DNA from: the human T2T-CHM13v2.0 reference genome, Homo sapiens
Assembly: GCF_009914755.1 (NCBI RefSeq)
Contig: NC_060928.1
Length of the DNA: 64,000 bases
Reading direction: 5' to 3' (one strand)
Below the pieces are notes generated by a model that saw nothing but the letters and a program-made list of their open reading frames with translations, had not been told where the DNA came from and ran no database searches. Positions 24,803-39,916 of this stretch are shown here, piece by piece (within the stretch, counting starts at the first letter, position 1; each line of letters starts with the position of its first letter). The position numbers and the translations under genes are program-made.

Positions 24803-26109
24803 AGAGTAAGCCAAATTTTCTATGTTCTCATTCTGTGAAGCCAAAATCACAAATCCATATTAGAACCAAAGCACATTAGGATAGAAAAGACTTATGCCTA
24901 CAGCCAAGGAAGATGTTAATATAAAAACTGATTATTTCTTAACTATTTCAAATCTAGACATTGTTATTAATGAAATGTCCTGGTAAGATACAAGTTATCT
25001 TAAAAGTGACCTGTGCACTTTGTGTAATATTTAAAGGTATCTGTGGGGATTTTTGGAAGTTCCATATCACTTTGGAAAAATCTTCAACTAGATTATTCAT
25101 GCCATGAGCTAGACAACCCTCCCTGGGGGATGTTTCCACTCTGTGTAGTTGGGAGTCTGAGTAATGTTCTCTTGAAGATTGTCTTATACCATGAGGTGAG
25201 GTACTGCATTTGGTACCAGCTGCAATCTCCACATGGTTTTCTGCTTTCGTTTCAGAAAAACACATTGAAATAGACACATCTGAACATGATAAATGTAGGG
25301 ATCACTGTTGCAGAGTCCTGTGCACTGTAGGAAAGGATGCAGACAGTCAGTCAGATGGAGAGTTTAAAAGGGCATCCTGGCTGCCTAAGCAATCTGAAAA
25401 CCATCAAAAGTGATAAATCTAGTGATATTCTTAGGTCATGTTCCAACTTCACAGTTTGAATATAACCAAAGTTCAATTTGTGATCCAATTTCTCTCCTAC
25501 ACACTATCAAAGTATGCTTTCCTTTTTGACAATATCACTTTTTGTTAACTGGGGTTCCACTCATCCACTTATACAAAACATTGAACTCCACTAGTTCTTT
25601 TATTAGTCATTGTCCATAATGAAACTGTGTTTATGTTGTATCTAAATGTCCAATAGTATCTTATTATGATTCTGTCTGATACTTATCATTTAAATGTGTG
25701 CATGCCCCCGCCATTCATGTATATTAACAATGCCTGCCCTAGACTATATCCACCAAATGTCCCAACTAAATTGATGAAATGTGACAAAAATGAAAAATAA
25801 GTTTTGCTTTGTGTCATTAATACCTATTGATAGATATCCTAAAAATTTAATTTATTGACACTTTTCATATTTTGTAAGAACCTACTCTCTCCTGGGCACT
25901 GTATTTGGCATTGGAAATACATCTTACTGACATACTGAAAAGCCCTAAATGGAAAAATGCCCACTAATGACTCAGAATGAGAACATTCATAGTGGCGATG
26001 ATGACAGCCACCTGAATTAAATGACAGAAAGTTAGGGATGTCTGATTCACCTCTCTTCACACACACATTGAAACACAACACAAAAGAAAAGGCGATATGG
26101 AAAAATTTC

Positions 26110-26368
26110 CAAGTTTATTTTAGAAAATTTGAAAAACACCAAGGTGAAAAAGAGACAAAAGCTATTAATATTTTGACCCACAGTTCTCAAGACTTTGTTA
26201 TTTTACTTGTTTCAGTGTTCACAATTTTTAAAAGGAAGAAGGAATGGGTAGTGCTAATTTTGAATCAGAAATTACCTATTTCTGAATAAACTGAAACACT
26301 TTATAGATCCTATGTTTCCAGGATAATAAATGGTAAGTTACAATGGCCAGATTGCATTGCTGCTATGC
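26110..26368 (+). repeat. Left arm of 259-bp inverted repeat
   Basis: Reverse complement of 26773-27031 at 256/259 positions, no indels (checked block by block). Confidence 0.98.
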
Positions 26369-26772
26369 ACTGGAAGTTAAAACTGTTTTATTTTAAGTCT
26401 GGCAAATACCAATAAAACGTTCACTAACCGAAGTTCTGATGAAGCCCTGGGGCGAGATAGCAGGTGCACACAAAGAAAAACCATGATATGTTTCTCTTCA
26501 CTCACCAGTACTGTACTCACTCACCCCAAGTCTCTAACAAATTCAGACATTTTTGTGGACAGAAGGAAATAAGCCACTCCCTTATAATACTGAACCTGGT
26601 TTATAAAGCATTCAAGGCTGTTTTAAGCTTTCTCACTATCTCTTATCTCTCTTTATACAATAATTCTTTCCCACATCAATTTTTAGAGATGTGTTGCATT
26701 TCACAGAGGAAAAAAGAAGTGCATTAGAGCTTTATGTCTGGCCATAGCTGTAAGGGACTGAACCTTGCCAAG

Positions 26773-27031
26773 GCATAGGAGCAATGCAATCTGGCCATTG
26801 TAACTTACCATTTATTATCCTGGAAACATAGGATCTATAAAGTGTTTCAGTTTATTCAGAAATAGGTAATTTCTGATTCAAAATTAGCACTACCCATTCC
26901 TTCTTCCTTTTAAAAATTGTGAACACTGAAACAAGTAAAATAACAAAGTCTTGAGAACTGTAGGTCAAAATATTAATAGCTTTTGTCTCTTTTTCACCTT
27001 GGTGTTTTTCAAATTTTCTAAAGTAAACTTG
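26773..27031 (-). repeat. Right arm of 259-bp inverted repeat
   Basis: Partner of 26110-26368; paired coordinates sum to 53141 throughout. Confidence 0.98.
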
Positions 27032-28043
27032 CATTATCCTTGCAATCTTGAAAAACTAAATGCTCTCCAAAATGATGCTGAGAACCAGTTTAAACTAGGT
27101 CAGTCTTATGTTTTTAACAGATACCAGGACAGCTGGGATCTTGCTCTATTGGATTTGATTCAAAGATGATGTAGAATTTTGTGCTCTACACAAGAACTGC
27201 CATATGAGTCAACAGAGTTTGTGACCTTGCTCAGACTTTAACTAAATAGGCTGGTATACCAAGCCCTTGAAATTATCTGCCTTGGAGGAAACACAGTGAA
27301 GTGAAATTAAACCAAAAAATTTACCAGAGCACAAAAAACTTCTTCTAGTACCCAGAACAATCAACAATAAAATATGTTTTGGTGATGATATCATGGACAT
27401 GCTATGACAGGTTTAATTTCAAGTTTTAAGGCAAGGTTTATGCAAAATAGAAAAAATAAATTCAGGTATTCAGGTAGCTCGGTGCAAGGGTTAAATGGAT
27501 TTATGTTTAAGTCTTATAAGCAGTAATCACACAGAAAAAAATAATGACAAGGATGACAGTATTAATAAGTGGGAAAACTAATACAAATGGTTAGATGATC
27601 AGTAAGAAAATGACTCTATTTTATTTAAAGTTCAAAATAGCCCCAGAATATTGGTTTTGGTAATATAAATTGTCTAAGGGTGTTATCTTTCCTACTTCTT
27701 TCTCATTAATTGACTTAGCATGGTAGTTTACATGTAATTGGCAAGGTACCCTGCCAGGTTATCACCTGTCTCAGATGCACCCTTTTCCTTCATGCCTTTC
27801 ACTATGAATCTGGAGGTACTCAATTCTCAAAAATTAAAAACCAGCCCATATTCTATAAGTGTAGTGTCATACAGAAAAAGAAAAAAAAAAGATGGGTCTA
27901 TAAATGAATTGCATTCATTTTTCTGGAACAATAACCACCAAAAAAAAAAAAAACCCAACATAGCAAAATACTATATTAATTTACTTCAGGACCAAATGAA
28001 CAAAATCACTGGACTTTGTAAAACCCTATTGTTTCGCAAGACT

Positions 28044-28062
28044 TACTGACACCTGGTGGCTA
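28044..28062 (-). promoter_or_regulatory. Candidate CTCF core motif
   Basis: Minus strand TAGCCACCAGGTGTCAGTA, close to the CTCF consensus (CCACCAGG.GGC.G). Motif match only. Confidence 0.5.
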
Positions 28063-28609
28063 AATCTCAACAGACTTTGCAATAAACAGAGAAGAGCTCT
28101 TTTTGCCAGGCAACATATAGGATTTGCAACACACTTGACATTGAGGGAACACTAAACACATAGCTCTAGTCTAAGCAGAGTAAGAAAATCTATGTCAAAG
28201 CAGAACTCTGCAATTTATTCTTGTTCAATGGCACTCATGAGTATTCATTTTCAAGTTTTCAGGTGTGAAAACTTGAAATTGAATTGTCAATAACTCAATT
28301 CATCTGCTCCAAGTTACCATGTGGAGAACATCTGAGAGGTTGGGGGCTGAAAGAAAATCACCAAGAGGTCTTTTACTTATCTTGAATAGATTTTGGTCCT
28401 TCTTCCTTTACATACAAATGAACTAGTAAAAATACCTGTATTTCTTTTTAAACCTCAGCATTATGTGATAGATGTTCATTTTATGGTCTAGTTATTTTTT
28501 TTCTCCAGATAAAAAACAACATAAAAATTATATAAATTCACAGCTCAGAGAAACTGTATACATTGAATTAGTGGTAACTTCATGCCTTCCCATGGTTATA
28601 ATTTTATCC

Positions 28610-28770
28610 AGTGCTTCTTAAACTCTAGTGTGTGAAGAATCACTGTTTTCTTATTTTAAAATGCACCTTGACAGGGCACATGTCTAGGGCACCTGATTCA
28701 AGTAGATCTTGTGTGGGGATCTGGAGTATGTACTTTTAACCTATTCTTGGACTAGTTCTTAGAAATCCCA
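28610..28770. mobile_element. MER5-like hAT DNA transposon relic
   Basis: 'cagtgcttcttaaactctagtgtg...gaatcac...tgattcaagtagatct...tttaac'. Confidence 0.55.
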
Positions 28771-29987
28771 CTGGAATCCATCTCTCACCCTTTAATTTTT
28801 TCTGATCCTTCTCAGATTCTCAGTATCCTGATTGTCTCTGTAATCCCCAACTTTCTGATCTATTTCCCAGCTAGCTTCTGTTTCTACCTCTTCTAATAAC
28901 ATCATCCTGATTTTCTTTTAAGGAACTCCTCTACAATTTCAGTCACGTTGAGCCAATGCAATTCAGAAAAGTCCAACCCCATGCCTCCTCAAAATTTGGG
29001 CATGTGAACCAGGCCTGGACAAGCGGGTCATTTCATTTCCTACCCTATAGTAATTAGTTTGGGGTGGGTAGATGACCTAGAATTAAAGGAGGCTTTTATT
29101 GTGATAATTGTTGAGAAAGAAACACTAGCTCTCATCGGGGTCACTTAGCTGGTAGAATATGACCTTGGAGATGCTATTGGCCATCTGTGTCATTCTGTAT
29201 GAAAAATAAAATCACACACATAAAAACAGAGCTAAGAGATGTTGAAACACAGCTTTCTGCAGTACTGTTTGAGTGCCTTTGAGGTTTTTGTTTTTTGCTT
29301 TTTTGTAAATAATTCAATCTAATCATAAATAACTATAAAGGAGCTCAAAATAAATCTAAGAATGCAAAGGTTAGGAATACATAATGGGTTATTAAAGGAA
29401 GATAGAGGTTTAAATAACAACTTTGGGAAATGTTAATTTATCAACTATGCTAATTTAAGTTTAGACATATTATATAGCACAACACTGAAAACGTGAAAGT
29501 AGCCATGAATGTATTGTTCCTGACTGCAATAAGAAAGCTCTTTATATATCACCAGAAGATAGGATTTTGCGATAGTTTTCTGCTAAGTGCTCAGTATCCC
29601 TTTCTTTATCTACAGAAAGATTTATTTTTGGTAATGTGTATTATAATTCATAACATAATGTTGGATATCTATCACTTTAATAACATTTAATTTCCTCTTT
29701 AATCTGTTAATGTAATAAATTACAATATTAGATTTCCTGACATCAGCTAATCTTTGAAGTCGTAAGACTACTTCATGAGTTGTTTTTCTCTTAATACAGT
29801 GTTAAGCTATATTTGCAAGGTGTTACTTATTTGCATTAATTTTGTTGTTTTGGTTTTGCTTACCTCATAGAACTAGTGGAAATATCTAGAAACTTTAAAA
29901 TAAAATAAGAGTTTTAGCTTCCTTGAAGGGTTGGTGAAATTTAGTTTCTATGTTGCATTTTAATTTTTTTTTTAACTTGTGATTCCC

Positions 29988-30437
29988 TGACAAAAACTCT
30001 TTTCTTGACCCTCAGTTTCCTCTGAGCCCGACTAGGCCCTGTCCTGGGGTATATCCTTCAAGAACCCAATTTTAGCAAGAATTCTACTAAGTTAGTTTAT
30101 CCAGGATCCCCCAACCTTAATATCAGATCATCTTCAATATCTGATCAGGTTCTTCTTCCTCCACCATTCCCCAGGGAATGTCTGATCACACTGGCCTGCC
30201 TTCAGCAAGAATCTGGTTAAGCTGGTTTTAGCTATAATTCTTTTTTAACCCTGATGTTTTCTCTTAGTAATTTTCCATCCACAATTCCCCATTTGGCTCC
30301 CTGGGTATAAATTCCCACTTTTCCTTGTTGTATTTGGAGTTGAGCACAATCTCCCTCCCCTACTACAAAATCCCACAGCAGTAGTCCCTATAGCTATCGT
30401 GATGGTTTCTATGAATAAAGTCTGCCTACTATTGTCA
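29988..30437 (+). mobile_element. MER31-like ERV1 LTR
   Basis: Repeated 'agcaagaat...aag' units, 'tctgatca', TATAAA (~30306), AATAAA (~30414). Confidence 0.7.
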
Positions 30438-30628
30438 GGAATCAACCTCAACTGTAAATGTTTTCAGCTTAGGGACTAGTCCTGCCCCTCTGCACATCTA
30501 ATACTTAGCACAGACTTTGCCATGTAGCAGATCTTAGATGAACATATCTTCTATCAATTAAGGTAATACAGTTGGATAATTTTTTGGATCTGACCACGCA
30601 AAAATGAAAAAAAAATCTTTCTTCAAAC

Positions 30629-31045
30629 TGTCAAAAATATAAATCAAATCAAATTAGCAAAGGAAATGTTAATGTTTATTCTCACACAAAGAGGAAGTGC
30701 AGATCGTGATCCAACAGACTAAACTCAAAGTAATGGGTTAGAAGCTCAGAGGAGGGATGTTACAGGCTGGCTTACATAGTGAAAATTAGGGAGTTTTTTT
30801 AACCTGTGCAGTCTTTGGTATTGCAATGGGATTTCCCGATAGGAGGGGATCAATTAATAGGAATTATTTTTACCATTTTTGGAAGGTGACTTAGTTTTAC
30901 TTTTGATTATCAGAGGCATTCACAAGAAATAGCCTGTTTAGTTTTATTTACATTCACAAATCAAGAAAGATTAACTTTTGCTTGTGGGGCCTAACTGGCT
31001 TGCTCTGCTTGGTGAATTCTCAGGACTTTTATTTTATTTTAACAA
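30629..31045 (-). mobile_element. Probable old ERV1 MER-type LTR
   Basis: tgtcaaaaa...tttatt...ttttattttaaca termini; family uncertain. Confidence 0.35.
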
Positions 31046-32644
31046 TTCAAACTCTGTGTAAATTCTTCCCAAATAATAAATGATCCCTCTACTCTAAGAT
31101 AAGATAAACAAAGTTGTTTAATAACAATATTGTTAATTGGATACTATTTCTTAAATTCCTATGGACTGTTTTTCTGTTTTAGCTAGTTTGTTATGCTATT
31201 ATTCCTACATGCAAAATGATTCTTTTATGTAATTCAGATGGAAGAGAAGCCTTGTCTAAATTCAAACAGCAAGTTAGCCCACTGTACCATATAGGCAGTC
31301 AATCTATGTCAGCTCAAGTTCAATAATCACAGCAAGGCAACAAAATCACTAATCTGATGAAAATAATGAGGACTAGTGAACAGAATAATATGTAATGACA
31401 AAGATTTAACAAAAAGAGATTATAGTGTGTTATATAAGCAATAGTGTTTCAGTTCAAAGTTGAAATTCTGCAGCTTACTGAACAGCTCTTCAAATTGGCA
31501 TTCACTCAGTTTCCACAGCTCTTAAATATCACAGCATACAACCATATATTAAACATTAAAATGTTCATTTTTGTCTTTTAAGAAATGACAGCCTTCTAGA
31601 GAAAACATTGAGACAGAGAAGACAACCAAATTCTGCACATTAAATGTGTAAAATGTTTTCAAAAACCTGAAAATCTCTACCTATGTTCTGCTTTTTCAAA
31701 AACAAAGGAAATGAAATAGAGTGAGACGATAATGAATGCACATATATTTGTTACTCATGTTTTGGAGATGAACCCTTATATCCAAATAAGGAAATAAAAA
31801 TGAAATAAAATTTCATTAAAAGATACACTAGAACCTAACAAACCATATAGGAAACACGATTAAGTGTACAACCTTTAAGTAATATGTTACTCTCTCTATA
31901 ATATAAATATTCCTCTTTGGCTTGAGCATGCGAGGCTAAATATCTCATTTATTATTATACGACATGTTCCTTCCAAGCACTTAAATATTTCTATAAGGTT
32001 TTGTATTTCATTTTGTTTTGCTTCTGGATTAGAATTTCTTGCAATTGGAATTACTAATTAGGAAAATACAAGGAGTTCCACGTTTAGGTTTGCATAGTTT
32101 TCCTAAATGTAGGAATTTTTAACGATATCTTAAGCTTTAAAAAAAATCCTGAAAAGGAAATTATAAATTGTATTGGCATAAGAGAGAGATTTTAGGCAAA
32201 TGGACACAGATGGGAAGTTTCAGAACTTTACACAATTCTTAAATAAACATTTTTCTTCCAATCTTTTTCTTGGGTGATTAGATTAATTTTGTAGAGATTG
32301 AAATCAAGTGAATTATTCACATATGCACTTAATACTTTTGAAACAGTGGTTGAGAAGTTTTCTCAGTATATTTTTCTACATCATAAAGAGCCCCAAACAC
32401 TGTAGTAATTTCTCCCATGAAATATATAAATTGTCGTATATAAACCCCGACTATTGTTGCTGAGTTGGGCTTCAGGATTTTCTCTTCTGGGCATTATAAC
32501 AAGTTAAAAACCTGTATTTGCCTTAAAATTCATTGTCCAACCACATAAGCCTCCAATATGACAACTCTGATTATTTTAGGGCTCTTTTGTCTAACCATAA
32601 ACATTTTTTACAAAATCATTTTAGATTTTTTTTTTACATATGAG

Positions 32645-33135
32645 TATAGGGAAGAAAAAGTAGAAAAAGTAGTATATTTTTCTTACCCATCACGAAGTTT
32701 ATGGCTGAGGCCCCTATAATGAAAGACAGATTAACAAGTGAAAAGCATACAGATCAATTTAAGTTTTGCATGGCATGGAAGCCTTCAGAAATTAAGACCT
32801 GAAGAAACAGAGAAAACTGTATTTTTATGGGCTGTCATGAAGAAGTACAATTAGAAGACAAAATGATATGATAAAATGGTAATAAAATTGGGGAAACTTA
32901 GCAAACCCTGTTTGGTCAGAATCTTCTTGGTGTCTCTCTTCTTTCATTTCCTCCAGGTACAGGGAGGAATCCTCTACAATGAGGGTCTTATAACCTTTAG
33001 GGCAAGGTCATAGAATTCTTCTATGGCCTGAGTCAGAGGAGAACAATAGGAGAAGGTCAGATAAACCTTCCTACTTCTGCCATTTTTTAAAAATGTCAAG
33101 GTGCCACATTTGGAGGTAGCATGCCCTGCACCCTG
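32645..33135 (-). mobile_element. MER66/MER73-like ERV1 LTR
   Basis: 'aaagacagattaacaagtgaaaagcatac...gccttcagaaattaagacc', 'aaggtgccacatttggaggtagc'. Confidence 0.65.
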
Positions 33136-35702
33136 TAGAGGACAATAATTATTTCAAGAAAACATAACCCTTGAAGGCCAAAGTGCGTACCAAATGGAAT
33201 GCACCACATTTCTGTAAAAAATTAGTTAAGTTTTTGAATGACTATTATGTGTCAGGCTATGAATTGATGAGAAAGTGGTGAATTAACTAGGTGTTGAAAG
33301 AAATAAAAGAAAAAATGTTTTGTTGAGGAAGCTAGAGGTAGGAGTATAGTTGCAGAGGCCTAGGACATATATATTGTAGCATTCATTGATCTTTCCACAC
33401 CATCTAACATTTCTATATGATGAAACTTCACCTGCAGAGGCCCAGGACATGTATTACTATTCAGTTACTCATTACTCTTCTCTCCAAGCAGGAGTGTGCT
33501 GAGTAAGACTGAAAACCAAGCGTAGCAATGTATTCTTTATTACAATTATATTGGTTGTCCACAAGGATGTACACCACAGGGAAGGAAGGAATAAGTTAGT
33601 TTCCCTGTAATTTATTCAATGGTAAAGAGTAGGGAAAATTTACAAGGTAGAAAGGAGTAAGAATAGCATTAAAAGTTGAAAAGCCTGGTTCAAATATTTA
33701 CATTTTTATTCCTGTGTAGATTTGGAAAATGAAATTCTGTAGAAAATGCCCTAATTTACCAAAGTCAGACACTTAGAAATGGATTTATAAATATATGTTT
33801 GTTTTCTGAGCTCCCGGTTAAGTGTTGTGAAGGAGAAAGAAACCACATTTGCTGTGTTTATTTCATACTCAAAGCCACAATGCCCAGATTCTGTAGAGGT
33901 TCAATAAATACTTATTGAATTAATTAACAGATGCATTAATTCTCAGTCCATAAGCTGCATCATCATTTTCCTGTTTGGATTAAGAAAAAAGAGAAGCAAA
34001 ATGTTAAAATGTTAATATATATCAAAAACTAATATTTTAAAAACTGCTTCTTAGCTACCAGGTTAAATTTCCAGTTGAATCAAAGCTAAGGAGTATCATC
34101 AACTTGTGAAAATAGGTTTAGTAATGCAAGCGTAGGCAGCACAGTTGCGTAAAGAGCATCATTATGATTCTTTCCCCTTTTCCTTACTCACATTTAAGAA
34201 ACCATCAAATTACATTCTGGCACGCACAGCATATTGGGAGAATAGGGTGGCCAAAGTACATGGCATTCGTTACTGAATTTGAACAGTATGATAAAACTTC
34301 ATACCCCTTAATAAGTCTCAGAGCAGCACATGTTCTAATATTGAAAATGAAACATTATTTGTAAAGAATTAGCATGCCAGAAAGTCTTGTTAAGATGAGG
34401 TTTTAAGAATCTTTAAATAGCTGATATTTAAAGAAATAACAGCCTCATGATTGGAAGATGCTTAATTCAGTTAAGTATGTACTCTCCAAGCTAATGAATT
34501 GCTTTTTGAGAGAGAATCACAGTACACTTGGATGATAAAGTAAAATTAATTAACTCAGTGTCACAGTACACAGAGATTTTGAAACATGAAAAGCACATAA
34601 CCTGAGCCTGAGCCACAAACTGGATTTTCCAGATGTAGACCTAGATGATAGCTGTAATTCACGTCATTTTATGACATTTCATGGAACATTTGGTTATTAT
34701 GACATTTATGATGCAATGAAATAGGCTATAAAATGCTGTAAATTGTTGGGAACAAAAGACATTCATATATGTGATGGGCATTTTAGTTTTAATCAAGGTA
34801 TTAGTAGGTTAAATCAAAATTCAACTCAGAGTTGGATGTTAAAGTTTTAATTTAGGTTTCTTTCTTTTTTCATTCTCCCTCCCACTCTCCATCTCTCTTT
34901 TTCTGACTACTTTGTTCCTTCTTTTCTATGAAATCAAATGTACAGGACTAAAAATTTTAAAAAAGAATTTTTTTTTCATATTTTCTGTTTCCATGTTTCT
35001 AGAGAGTGAAACAAATTTATGAACCTATGAATGAGAGAAGCAAATTCATAAATTGAAAATTGCATGGTTCCCAGTTCATTTGGATATCTCATGCCTTTCT
35101 AAAATGTGGAAAATGAAAAATTTCTGGTAGTAAGTGATGACTATGGTTTTCCTACATCTGGTAATATTATTTCCTAAAAACTATTTTAGCACCTGCTGTC
35201 AGATTTTTTTAAAGTGTCAGAATTGACTCCATTGAATTATGCACAGAAATTAATAATAAAGTGTTTTTCCAGGAAGTAGATTTTAAAGGCATAGATATTG
35301 ATCTGAGGAAGAGAAAGATAAATAAGAGAACTTTACTAAAAAAGCTTGGCTATTCTTTTAGATATCATTATTACTTTGTTCAGTTTAGTATTTATAAAGT
35401 TACCAGAGTATCATTTGAATATTAAAGTTTGATACTGTATACATTACCACCAAACTGTTCCGAAAATATAATCAGCCACTATGCTAAAATAAGTGTAATG
35501 GTAAAAGGCCCAGTTACAATACTATATGAAGACAAATAAGAGTATTGCTATTATTACAAAGGATACAGCATTCCAAACTCACACTATTATGGTTGTTCCA
35601 CAAATAAAAAGCTAGTTTCATCACCAAATGCATATAAACAATACTACTATCTAATTATTATCTATTGGCAAGCTCACCTTTTACTACTAGGATTAAAGAT
35701 AA

Positions 35703-37007
<1,305 letters not shown>

Positions 37008-37485
37008 AAAGATAAAGGCAGTTGTTCAAAATACTTCAAGTGTTAAAAATAAAAATATATAGAAGTATTATCTAAAAATTTTTCTGACATTATTTTTTAT
37101 GTTTTAGGAAAACATATTATTACATAAATAAACTCTGGAACATGAAAATACAATTAATGAAAAAGCAATTATCATAATATAATTACTTTTATTTTTCAAT
37201 ATATTTGAAGCATGTTGTTGAATTTGTCATTTCTCATTTAATACACAAAGCAAATTTTTAATGTAGATATTGTTATGTCTATTTTAAAAATAAGAAACTT
37301 AAAGTAAATAAAGTTAATTTCCTTAAGGTGACACAGCTGATGAGGGTTTGAATCTACACCCAATGAATGACAATTTTCCCTGGTTTTTGTTGCTGTTGTT
37401 ATATTGTTGTTTTGTTATTGTTATTTTTGTCGTCATGCAAATTCAAACTGTTTCTGGAGGTATTTGTGGTCAAAGATCAGGATAA

Positions 37486-37788
<303 letters not shown>

Positions 37789-37804
37789 AGATCAGGGTAA
37801 TCAA

Positions 37805-38212
37805 TAGGGATTTTTATCTCCCACAAAGTTCATATTTTGAAGCCCTAACCCCCAATGTGATAGTATTTGGAGGTGAAGCATTTGGAAAATAATTAGGTTT
37901 AGAAGATATCCTGAGTATGGTGTACTCAAAATGTGATTAGTGCCTTTAAAAGAAGAGGAAAAGACACAAGAACATTCTCTCTCTGTCTGTTTCTCTCTCT
38001 CACTCCATGTGCACACATGGAGGAAAGATTGTGAGTACTCTGAGAGATGATGGCTGTCTACAAGTTAGAAAGAGAGCTCTCCCCAAGGACCATATCTACC
38101 AGCACCTTGATCTTAGACTTCCCAGCCTCTAGAATTGTGAGAAATCAATGTTGGTTTTTTAAGCCATCCTGCCCATGGTATTTTGATACAGTGTCCAGAG
38201 CTGACTAATATA
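37805..38212 (+). mobile_element. MLT1A-type MaLR LTR
   Basis: 'tgaagccctaacccccaatgtgatagtatttggaggtg', 'agcaccttgatcttagacttcccagcctctagaattgtgagaaat'. Confidence 0.85.
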
Positions 38213-39258
38213 GAAAGAAAAGTCAAAAAGGTTTTATTGGGAGAGGTCTTTTTTTATTTAAAAAAAAGTGCTGTTATGAGGAAATATAGATTAATCTAAC
38301 TTTACAAGGAGAGGCTGTCTCTCATAAGCTTCATCATCCTGAATAAGACTATATCACCCGTAAACACTCTCAGATTCGGGTACACCAAACATTGATTGAC
38401 AAGTTTTGTATGCTAAGCTCTATCCTAGATCCTTCAAGTAAAATAGATAATTTTAGTCCTCAAGAAATCCATAATAACTATCCTATTGTTCCATTTTACA
38501 GGTGGTAAAGCAGGCTTGAGGATCTCGCTCAAGGTCACGTGATGATTAAGTTTCAGGACAAGACTCTAATCTCATGTCTTCATACTCCCAGTAAAGCACT
38601 CTATTTTCTATATCCTCTGTGTAATAATTTCATTGATCCATGCTGGAAACATGAGTGCATATTCCCAACAATCCATTTTGTTGCTGAAATTATTATTGAT
38701 TATAATATATTAATAGTATCAGTGAATTGGTTTTATAGAAACATCAGATATTTTAGTATCAGAAAAATTGAAACTGCAGAGTTTTGTGTCCTTATGTTTT
38801 TAATTGTTCAATATTAATTTTCAATTTACATACTATAAAATTCACTCTTTATGACATACAGTTCTATGAATTTTGGCAAATGCATACAGTTGTGTATTTA
38901 CCACCACAGTCATAATATAGAATAGTTTCATTCCCCTAAATTTTCCTTCTGTGGTCCAATCTCTTCCACTTTTCCAAATCCCTGGAAAACACTGATATAG
39001 TCTCATCAATACAGTTTTGTATTTTCAAAAATGTTATATAAATGGAATCACTTAACATGTACCTTTGGGGGTTTAAGTTCTTTCACTTGGAAAAGTTAAT
39101 TTGAGATATGTCCATATTATTTCATAAATCTATATTTTCTTCTTCATATTCCTGGGTAAAATCCATTGTATTGATGTATTACAATTTGTTTAATCATTCA
39201 AAAATTGAAATACAAATGATTTTTTTTCAGATGTTTGATGGTTAAGAATAAAGCTGAC

Positions 39259-39293
39259 TTTTAAAGTATAAGAAAAATAAATAAATAAATAAA
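39259..39293 (+). mobile_element. 35-bp ultra-truncated L1PA insertion
   Basis: ttaaagtataa (L1PA 3' terminus) plus A-rich tail, flanked by a perfect 15-bp TSD aagaataaagctgac (39244-39258, 39294-39308). Confidence 0.8.
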
Positions 39294-39464
39294 AAGAATA
39301 AAGCTGACATCTATTCAGAAACAAGTTTATATTTAATTATAAATTTGTATTTCTCTAGAGAAAATACCTAGAAGACGGATTGTTGGGTCATATGGCAAGT
39401 ATATGCTTAATTTTACAAGAAATTGCTAAACGATGTTGCAAAGCAATTGCACCATTTTATGCTC

Positions 39465-39916
39465 CGTATTAGTTAGGGTTCTCTAGAGGGACAGAACAAA
39501 TAGGATAGATGTATATATAATGAGGAGTTTATTAAGGAGTATTGACTCACACGATCACAAGGTGAGGTCCCACACTAGGCCATCTGCAGGCTAAGGAGCA
39601 AGGAAGCCAGTCCAAGTCCTAAAGCTGAAAAACTTTGAGTCCAATGTTCGAAAGCAGGAAGCATCCAGCATGGGAGAAAGATGCAGGCTGGGAGACTAAG
39701 CCAGCCTAGTCTTCTCACGTTCTTCTGCCTGCTTTTATTCTGGCCACACTGGCAGCTGACTAAATTGTGACCACCCAGATTGAGGGTGGGTCTGCCTTTC
39801 CTAGTTCACTGACTCAAATGTTAATCTCCTTTGGCAACACCTTCACAGACACACCCAGGATCAATACTTTGCATCCTTCAATCCAATCAAGTTGACACTC
39901 AATATTAACCATCACA
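39465..39916 (-). mobile_element. MLT2A1-like solo LTR
   Basis: gtattagttagggttctctagaggg...attaaccatcaca, 452 bp; TSD tgctc (39460-39464, 39917-39921). Confidence 0.93.

Noticed and set aside
26038-27034. Near-identical ORFs on opposite strands (26038-26289 +, 26852-27034 -) resembling a duplicated gene pair
   Set aside because: Automatic consequence of the inverted repeat; short, no recognisable domain, and the minus ORF has a non-ATG start.
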